Part shown: positions 57,857 to 64,000 of the stretch, piece after piece
How positions within the stretch are numbered: position 1 is the stretch's first letter
Layout of the letters: the number at the start of each line of letters is the position of its first letter
Source: Candidatus Bathyarchaeia archaeon
GTDB taxonomy: Archaea > Thermoproteota > Bathyarchaeia > Bathyarchaeales > Bathycorpusculaceae
Direction: 5' to 3'
Assembly (NCBI GenBank): GCA_038882975.1
Contig: JAVZNE010000002.1
Span: 192,023-256,022, forward strand
DNA length: 64,000 nt
Notes under the pieces: generated by a model
The model's database searches: none
The model's input: the letters and a program-made list of their open reading frames with translations, nothing else
Told to the model about the DNA's origin: nothing
Translations under genes and position numbers: made by a program

Positions 57857-58504
57857 TTAAGGGCTTAAAGGTTCATTTCCGCTCAGGTTTTTAATTCTGT
57901 TTATGAATTCGTCCTTTTCTTTCTCCACTTCCTCTATTCTCTTTTTTAGAAATTCAAGTTCTTCGGAGATTTCTTCAAGCCAGCCTTTTATGGCTTTTTG
58001 GTTTTCTTCGAGAGTCATTTCTGCAAGATATTTTGAAACGTCTTGTGGCTTACTTCTTCCCAGAGCGGCTAGTGGATAGTTGATTTTTGGAGGTTTTAGG
58101 AAGGGGAAGAAGTGTCTTGTGGTTCTTGGTTCCATGAGCTTTCCGCTTAGAGCTGCCCTAACCACGTTTTCGACTGTTATGGGCGGGTTTGAGTTTCCAA
58201 TGTACCGATGGATGCGTCTCCTGCCAATGCGAATTTGGGGGTTTTGAAAAATGTTAACGCGCAGGACGGGTATTTGCATGTAGCCCAAGCTTTTTAGGGC
58301 AAGCCAACGGTGCATCCCGTCAAGTATAACATTTGTCTTTTCATCGGCAATTATTGGATATTTTAGAACGCCATCCCTTAGAATTTCCCTTTTCAACATC
58401 TCCAAATATAACGGGGAGCCTTTCTCATGGGGCTTCAAGCTGTCAATTGGCAAAAGCTCAATTTTAAACTCATTTACATTTTCGGTTTGAGTTGCAATTG
58501 CCAC
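57857..58504 (-). CDS. ParB/Srx-fold protein, compact SerK/SbnI-like (candidate free serine kinase) with C-terminal coiled coil
   Basis: LKPHE, PII...ILDGMHRW.AL..LG, ITVENVV...GKLMEPRTTRH.FPF resemble the N- and C-terminal motifs of SerK. Confidence 0.7.
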   Translation of the reverse strand: MAIATQTENVNEFKIELLPIDSLKPHEKGSPLYLEMLKREILRDGVLKYPIIADEKTNVILDGMHRWLALKSLGYMQIPVLRVNIFQNPQIRIGRRRIHRYIGNSNPPITVENVVRAALSGKLMEPRTTRHFFPFLKPPKINYPLAALGRSKPQDVSKYLAEMTLEENQKAIKGWLEEISEELEFLKKRIEEVEKEKDEFINRIKNLSGNEPLSP

Positions 58505-58524
58505 TTGTACCCGCCCTTTAAAGG

Positions 58525-59886
58525 CTATTTAACAATAGTTGGAACCTCGATTTTTTCCGGCTCATAATCCATAAGTTTTCCTGCCAAGAATTGCTCATAG
58601 GCGCCCAAATCTAAAAGGCCGTGTCCGCTGTAGTTCATGGCTATAACCTTCTTTTCACCAGTTTCTCGGCATTTTAGGGCTTCATCTACGACGAATTTTA
58701 GGCTGTGGGCTGTTTCAGGCGCAATTATTAGTCCTTCCGTTTTGGCTAGTATTTGGGCTGCTTGGAAGACTTCTGTTTGGTGGTAGGCTACTGAACGCAT
58801 ATACCCCTTATAGATTAGATAGGATATTGAGGGCGCCATTCCATGGTATCTTAAGCCTCCAGCGTGGATTGGTGGACAGGCATAGCCATGCCCTATTGTA
58901 AGCATTTTTAACAGTGGTGTCAGTTGGGCTGTGTCTCCAAAGTCGTATGTGTAGACTCCTTTTGTTGTATGGGGTACAGCCTTGGACTCGCATGCCACAA
59001 ATTCTATTTCTGTTTTGCCCTTAAGCTTGTCCATCATGAATGGGTAGCAGAAACCAGCGTAATTGGAGCCTCCGCCTATGCATCCACAGACAACATCTGG
59101 ATACTCGCCAATAATCTCAAACTGTTTTTTTGCTTCCAAGCCTATGATGGTTTGGTGCAACAGCACATGGTTTAAAACTGAACCTAGAGAGTACCTTGTA
59201 TCTTCATGCGTAATCGCGTCCTCAAGCGCCTCGCTTATGGCAATGCCTAAGGTCCCCGGATGGTTTGGGTTCTCTTTCAATAGTTTTCTGCCAAAGTTTG
59301 TCTGGTCGCTTGGCGAGGGAAACATTTCAGCGCCATAAAGCTGCGCTATTGTTCTTCTGCCGGGCTTCTGCTGGTAGCTGACGCGAACCATGTATATGCG
59401 GCACTTCAAACCGAAAATTGTGCAGGCGAAGGCTAGGGCTGTGCCCCACTGTCCAGCACCAGTTTCCGTTACAAGCCTCTTTATTCCCTGTTCCTTGTTG
59501 TAATAGGCTTGGGCTATGGCAGTATTAGTTTTATGGCTTCCAGTTGGGCTGAAATTCTCGCATTTAAAGTAGATTTTCGCCGGGGTTTTAAGAAACCTTT
59601 CGAGTCTCCTAGCCCTATAAAGTGGTGTTGGACGTGGCAGTCGCAAGTAGGCGTCTAACACCTCCTCTGGAATTTTTATGAAGCGTTCCGTGGAAACCTC
59701 CTGCCTAATCAACTCTTTTGCAAATATTCTCTCCAAGAGTTTTGGGTCTATGGGTTTTAGGGTTGTAGGGTCTAGTGGTGGCGGAAGCGGTTCTGGCAGA
59801 TCTGCTTGTATGTTATACCATGCTGTGGGTATCTCATCAGCGTTCAGCACCGTGAAGTATTCACTTTTTTGAACTTTAAGGCTCAT
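58525..59886 (-). CDS. trpB2: Tryptophan synthase beta chain, TrpB2 type
   Basis: IPTAWYNI, RPTPLYRA, SPTGSHK.NTA, TETGAGQWG, GGGSN, YDFGD, HAGGLRYHG, SGHGLLD. Confidence 0.95.
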   Translation of the reverse strand: MSLKVQKSEYFTVLNADEIPTAWYNIQADLPEPLPPPLDPTTLKPIDPKLLERIFAKELIRQEVSTERFIKIPEEVLDAYLRLPRPTPLYRARRLERFLKTPAKIYFKCENFSPTGSHKTNTAIAQAYYNKEQGIKRLVTETGAGQWGTALAFACTIFGLKCRIYMVRVSYQQKPGRRTIAQLYGAEMFPSPSDQTNFGRKLLKENPNHPGTLGIAISEALEDAITHEDTRYSLGSVLNHVLLHQTIIGLEAKKQFEIIGEYPDVVCGCIGGGSNYAGFCYPFMMDKLKGKTEIEFVACESKAVPHTTKGVYTYDFGDTAQLTPLLKMLTIGHGYACPPIHAGGLRYHGMAPSISYLIYKGYMRSVAYHQTEVFQAAQILAKTEGLIIAPETAHSLKFVVDEALKCRETGEKKVIAMNYSGHGLLDLGAYEQFLAGKLMDYEPEKIEVPTIVK

Positions 59887-59899
59887 TTTATATCGCCTC

Positions 59900-59972
59900 A
59901 GCACATTTTAGTACATGTGGGCATATAATAAAACAGTGAACATATTTATACTTTATTGCACAAAAAAGTACA
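59900..59972. promoter_or_regulatory. Phased TRP-box-like hexamers (TGTACA consensus) in the trpB2/trpY divergent promoter
   Basis: AGCACA(59900)-N4-AGTACA(59910), and TGAACA(59937)-N4-TATACT-N4-TGCACA-N4-AGTACA(59967). The second array overlaps TTTATA at 59945-59950. Confidence 0.7.
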
Positions 59973-59988
59973 TTAGGCAGATGGAAAC

Positions 59989-60492
59989 ATGTGGAACACA
60001 ATAAAAAAGCACTTTGAAAACTACCCTGAACGCCTAAAAGTAGCCAGAATCCTCGTAGAAAATGGGCTGAGCGTGAAAAATGGGAAGATATACTTAAACG
60101 AGATAGAGATTCCGCCAACCCGCATAGCAAGAGTGGCGGGCGTAGACAGAAGAACAGTAAACGAGACGATAAACACGATAAGGGCAAACCGCGAGCTACG
60201 CCTAATATTCGAAGGCTTAAGGTCTGCGGGGCACTCCCTAAAAGAAATTGCAAAACACCTGGAGCTCGGCGTGGTGGAAATAACCCCAGTAGACGCTAAA
60301 ATGCCCGGCATATTAGCGAACTCAGCCATGATACTGGCAAAAAGCGGTCTAAGTATTAGGCAAGCTATTGTTGATGATCCGGAGCTTTCTCCAGAGCCGA
60401 AACTGACGCTCATTGTGGAGAAGAAGGTTCCAGGCGAGCTCATTCCAGAATTCTTAAAGGTTAAAGGCGTTGCCAAAGTCTCCGTCTACTAG
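59989..60492 (+). CDS. trpY: TrpY-like HTH-ACT transcriptional regulator (COG2150)
   Basis: MW N-terminus, IARVAGVDRRTV HTH, PGILA...SIRQAIVDDPEL ACT domain; divergent from trpB2. Confidence 0.8.
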   Translation: MWNTIKKHFENYPERLKVARILVENGLSVKNGKIYLNEIEIPPTRIARVAGVDRRTVNETINTIRANRELRLIFEGLRSAGHSLKEIAKHLELGVVEITPVDAKMPGILANSAMILAKSGLSIRQAIVDDPELSPEPKLTLIVEKKVPGELIPEFLKVKGVAKVSVY

Positions 60493-62279
60493 ACGTTTGG
60501 GTTTTCGAAGGCCGTTATAATCCACTTTTCTCCACGCTTTTCAATATGCACAGTTACCGTGTGGTCCTTCTGAGTTGCCATCAGCTTGTTCCATTGAGCA
60601 GTTGGAAGGTCTTTTGGGGTGGCTTCCACCCACTCGTATGTTGCATTATCCAGGCGGAGAACGATGTGGGTTGTTCCATCCTCCACATACTCGTATTTGC
60701 CTTCAACTTTTGCGCTAACCTCTATTTCGGTTATTATGCCGAAAAGTTTTAGGAATTCTTGCCGAGTGGCGCGTACAAGCTGTTCGCTTGTCATGCCCTC
60801 CTCATGCATTTTTATGGCTATTTTGCTTGTTTCCTCCGCATCGACTATGGCAAAACCCGCAAGATAGATGGTTTCCTCCTTTCCACTCACGGCTTCTCGC
60901 CAGTAAATGGGCACATACCATGCAAGTCTGTGGTTGCCAGGAGATATTTGCACTGGATACAGGAGCGGCATTTCAGCGTCATACATGCCAGCTGCGGGTT
61001 TTGGAAGCCTCCCTTCAACGAGGTCTTCGGCTGTCATGCCTGAAATGTAGTTGGCTTGCCTGAAATCGTAGAAGAATATGCTGCTTCTCGTGGCTTTGAA
61101 AACTCCTGAAAGGGTTCGCCTGTTGCCAATGGGGTTCACGCAGATTAGGGCTACGACGTCGCCTGTTTCTGGATCTATGATGTAGCGTGTGTCTTCTGTC
61201 ATCTCGAAGCGTTCTCGGCTGGGTGGTATAAGCCACAAGAAGCCTCCAGCCCAATAATCAAAGCCTGTGCCCCTTCTGAAGTTTCCCATCTCGTTTATCA
61301 TTTCTTCAAGCCAGTTCTCATCGTAAACCTGCGTAACCCAATCTGGGATTTGGAGAAGCGACTCCGCTTGAGGGTAAAGGCTGCCCTCTTCATCATAAAT
61401 TAATGGAGTCTCATAACGCCTGATAAGGTCGAAGCCAACACAATAGCGGGTTACAACATACGCTGTTTCGTTTGTTTCGAAGTTCCATGTTATGTAGGCT
61501 ACGCCGTAACGATTTGAAATGTCGTTCATGTAAGAGCGGAAGTGAACGTTATGGTCAAACCATAAAGATTCGCCAACCGCAAATTCCCTCCGCAAAATTT
61601 TAGGAGGCGCCAACGGATCTGTGGCGTCTATTATGACAAAGCCCTTCACATAGTTTTCAGCTATAACATTTGTTGAGCCTATAACGGCAACCCAGACCAG
61701 TTTGCCTTCCGGAGTCTTTGTAATATGGCATCCTAAAACTTGGGTGTTGCTTCCAAACTCGGACATGTGGCGTCGGGCTACTGAAATGGCAAGCTCCTCG
61801 GTGACAAGGCGCACCATGTTGTCTGGAATTTCCCTGTTAAAGGGCAATCCAGAACTCATATGGATAAAGTTGTTGAAGTATGCGGCGTTAGCCACTCTCT
61901 GAATCTGCCAAAAAACAATCAATGCGAAGGCTGCAAGCAAATAGATGATAAATAACACTCCCACAAGCTTCGCCCTTGTTCTTAATGAAATCTTCCATGG
62001 TGGGCGTCTGCGGGGATAAATGTAATCCTTCTCAACCTCTTCTGGGCTGAGTGGTCTTATGGAGAAAGCTGACTCTACAAAGGCGACAAACAGCCTAAGG
62101 AAAACAAGAAGATACACAAGGACACTTAATGGAGGCTGGGAAAACTGAATTATAAAGAATAAAAATAAGCCCAAAAGAAGCGAAATTATCCGTCTAGACT
62201 TTCTCCAGCTGCCTTTCCATGGAGGTATTGGGATATACCAAACTATCGCCCAGATTAGAAGGAATATGAAGAGGTTCAT
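60489..62279 (-). CDS. Large uncharacterised membrane-anchored protein
   Basis: 3-4 N-terminal TM helices and a roughly 450-aa aromatic/beta-rich extracytoplasmic region; Shine-Dalgarno GGTGAGGGGG before the ATG at 62279. Confidence 0.75.
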   Translation of the reverse strand: MNLFIFLLIWAIVWYIPIPPWKGSWRKSRRIISLLLGLFLFFIIQFSQPPLSVLVYLLVFLRLFVAFVESAFSIRPLSPEEVEKDYIYPRRRPPWKISLRTRAKLVGVLFIIYLLAAFALIVFWQIQRVANAAYFNNFIHMSSGLPFNREIPDNMVRLVTEELAISVARRHMSEFGSNTQVLGCHITKTPEGKLVWVAVIGSTNVIAENYVKGFVIIDATDPLAPPKILRREFAVGESLWFDHNVHFRSYMNDISNRYGVAYITWNFETNETAYVVTRYCVGFDLIRRYETPLIYDEEGSLYPQAESLLQIPDWVTQVYDENWLEEMINEMGNFRRGTGFDYWAGGFLWLIPPSRERFEMTEDTRYIIDPETGDVVALICVNPIGNRRTLSGVFKATRSSIFFYDFRQANYISGMTAEDLVEGRLPKPAAGMYDAEMPLLYPVQISPGNHRLAWYVPIYWREAVSGKEETIYLAGFAIVDAEETSKIAIKMHEEGMTSEQLVRATRQEFLKLFGIITEIEVSAKVEGKYEYVEDGTTHIVLRLDNATYEWVEATPKDLPTAQWNKLMATQKDHTVTVHIEKRGEKWIITAFENPNV

Positions 62280-62418
62280 AGTTTCCCCCTCACCTAATTG
62301 TACTAGACGTTGCTTGAAAGGTTTTGCTATCCTCCACCATAAATCCAAAGTTCGTAATCACGGCAAAACTCTTAATACCCTTTAACAGCCCCTAAATGCC
62401 AAAGGGCATTAAACCATT

Positions 62419-63570
62419 TTGACGGGTGCTAAAATGGAATGTGAAAAGGGAAAAAGGGCTTTTTTGCAGGGAAGCGAGGCATGTGTTGAGGCTGCACTAA
62501 CTGCTGGATGCAGATTTTTCGCTGGCTATCCCATTTCGCCAGCTAATGAAATTGCCGAGCACATGGCGGCGCGTCTTCCAAGGGTTGGCGGCATATTCCT
62601 TCAAATGGAGGATGAGCTAGCCTCAATAGGGGCTGTTGTCGGTGCAAGCTGGTGTGGCGTTAAAGCCATGACAGCCACTTCTGGTCCGGGCTTCAGCTTA
62701 ATGCAGGAGACCATAGGCTGGGCTTTTATGACTGAAACGCCATGCGTCATCGTTGATGTTCAGAGAGTTGGACCCGGCACTGGTCAAGCAACTAAATGTG
62801 CGCAGGGCGATGTTATGCAGGCGCGTTGGGGAACCCATGGCGATTACATGGCTGTTTCGCTTTGCCCCAACTCTGTTCAAGAAGTTTTTGAACTTACTAT
62901 TAGGGCGTTCAACATTGCAGAAAAATATCGCACACCAGTCACTTTGCTAACAGATGAGACTACAGTGCATCTCAGAGAGCATTTAGTTATACCACCCTTG
63001 GAAAACATGGAGATAGTTAACCGCAAAAAGCCAAAGGCTGGAGAGCAAATCTTCTTCGGTTTGGAAAGTGTTGCACCCATGCCTTCCATAGGCGAGGGCT
63101 TTAATGTGGCTGCCACCGGCTCAACCCACGACGAGCGGGGGTTTAGATTTACCGCCGACCCAGTTGTGCATAGGCGGGTTGTAGAGGCGATTAACAACAA
63201 GATAAGGAAAAATTTGGACGACATTGTGGAAGTGGAAAGCTACAATGTTGAAGACTGCAAAGTGGGCGTAGTGGCTTACGGCATTACTTCAAGGGCAATA
63301 TACGAGGCTGTCGAAGAAGCAGAAAAAAGAGGTGTAAAAGTTGGCTATGTCCGCCTAAAAACCCTTTGGCCCTTCCCAGAAAAATCGGTGCAAAGGCTGG
63401 CTGAAAATGCTGAAAAAATAATTGTGCCAGAAATGAATTTGGGGCAAATAGTCAACGAGGTTAAGAGGGTTGCTGGCTGCACAGCGGTTGTTCCACTCAA
63501 CAAGATAGGTGGAGGCGAACTAATCACCCCAGAGGAGATTTTAGAGAAGATTTTGAAGGAGGCGCCATGA
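62419..63570 (+). CDS. korA: Second 2-oxoacid:ferredoxin oxidoreductase alpha subunit
   Basis: GYPISPANE, QMEDELAS, TATSGPGFSLM, QRVGPGTG. Confidence 0.92.
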   Translation: MTGAKMECEKGKRAFLQGSEACVEAALTAGCRFFAGYPISPANEIAEHMAARLPRVGGIFLQMEDELASIGAVVGASWCGVKAMTATSGPGFSLMQETIGWAFMTETPCVIVDVQRVGPGTGQATKCAQGDVMQARWGTHGDYMAVSLCPNSVQEVFELTIRAFNIAEKYRTPVTLLTDETTVHLREHLVIPPLENMEIVNRKKPKAGEQIFFGLESVAPMPSIGEGFNVAATGSTHDERGFRFTADPVVHRRVVEAINNKIRKNLDDIVEVESYNVEDCKVGVVAYGITSRAIYEAVEEAEKRGVKVGYVRLKTLWPFPEKSVQRLAENAEKIIVPEMNLGQIVNEVKRVAGCTAVVPLNKIGGGELITPEEILEKILKEAP

Positions 63571-63573
63571 AAA

Positions 63574-64000
63574 ATGGGTGAAAGGGCATTCTCGCCTACC
63601 AACTACTTGAGGCCGGGGTTACGTTTTCCCTTCTGTCCAGGCTGTGGGTTATATGCTTTAAGCGACGCCTTTCTAAGGGCAGTTTTTGAGCTTGGCTATG
63701 ACGATTTTAGAAGGTTCTGTTTCGTCAGTGGGATTGGCTGCTCTTCATGGATACCTTCCCCATATTATTTGGCGGATTCCGTCCACACTTTGCATGGTAG
63801 AAGCATACCAGTGGCCACAAGCATAAAACTTCTGAAGCCAGAACTTCACGTTGTCGTTTTCGGTGGAGACGGAGACATCGTCGGAATTGGTATGGGCCAC
63901 TTCATACATGCTGCAAGAAGAAACACTGATATTCTCGTTATAATGGGCAACAACATGATTTATGGAATGACCGGCGGCCAAGTAGCCCCTACAACGCCTT
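63574..64000 (+). CDS. korB: Second 2-oxoacid:ferredoxin oxidoreductase beta subunit (partial, runs off the window)
   Basis: Manual translation gives FCPGCG, SGIGC, HTLHGR, GGDGD, NNMIYGMTGGQ. Confidence 0.92.
   Translation, partial: MGERAFSPTNYLRPGLRFPFCPGCGLYALSDAFLRAVFELGYDDFRRFCFVSGIGCSSWIPSPYYLADSVHTLHGRSIPVATSIKLLKPELHVVVFGGDGDIVGIGMGHFIHAARRNTDILVIMGNNMIYGMTGGQVAPTTP

Noticed and set aside
57857-58504. ParB-domain gene as a partition system or plasmid/provirus marker
   Set aside because: No parA, HTH domain, integrase or att sites; the motifs fit the SerK-like enzymatic branch better.
513-63981. Numerous 60-230 aa ORFs antisense to or overlapping recognised genes (e.g. 45024-45692, 55028-55732, 35386-35931)
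   Set aside because: Shadow ORFs of well-supported genes, with no recognisable motifs.
1-64000. tRNA/rRNA genes, riboswitches and IS elements
   Set aside because: No T-loop/cloverleaf, rRNA-like, riboswitch-like or transposase signatures were recognised in the short intergenic gaps. A covariance-model search would be needed to exclude small RNAs.

Overview
Gene-dense archaeal chromosomal segment. Bathyarchaeia (TACK) is the most likely source; this is inferred from eS25, eS1, eS17, a histone, TFE-beta/Rpc34, KEOPS, Hel308, an HdrA-MvhD fusion and a ribophorin-I-like protein. Most of the window is housekeeping and anaerobic metabolism, and I found no rRNA, tRNA, CRISPR array or mobile element. 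The most notable observations are: (1) a divergent trpY / trpB2 locus with phased TGTACA-like TRP boxes, where trpB2 is followed by a compact SerK/SbnI-like ParB-fold protein, suggesting indole salvage with its own phosphoserine supply; (2) an Fe-S operon with an apparently degenerate IscS-like protein, IscU, an intact SufS and a small unknown protein; (3) an HdrB-less operon encoding an HdrC::GltD/NfnB-like fusion, HdrA::MvhD and KorDABG; (4) a ribophorin-I-like membrane protein; (5) a sulfide-dependent homocysteine operon containing a 57-aa ferredoxin missed by the ORF track; (6) a SAM hydroxide adenosyltransferase pseudogene with an internal deletion; (7) a stand-alone SRA domain; (8) an 87-bp perfect repeat between two PAS domains; (9) a NikR-like operator. 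All protein calls come from motif recognition by eye; no database search was run.
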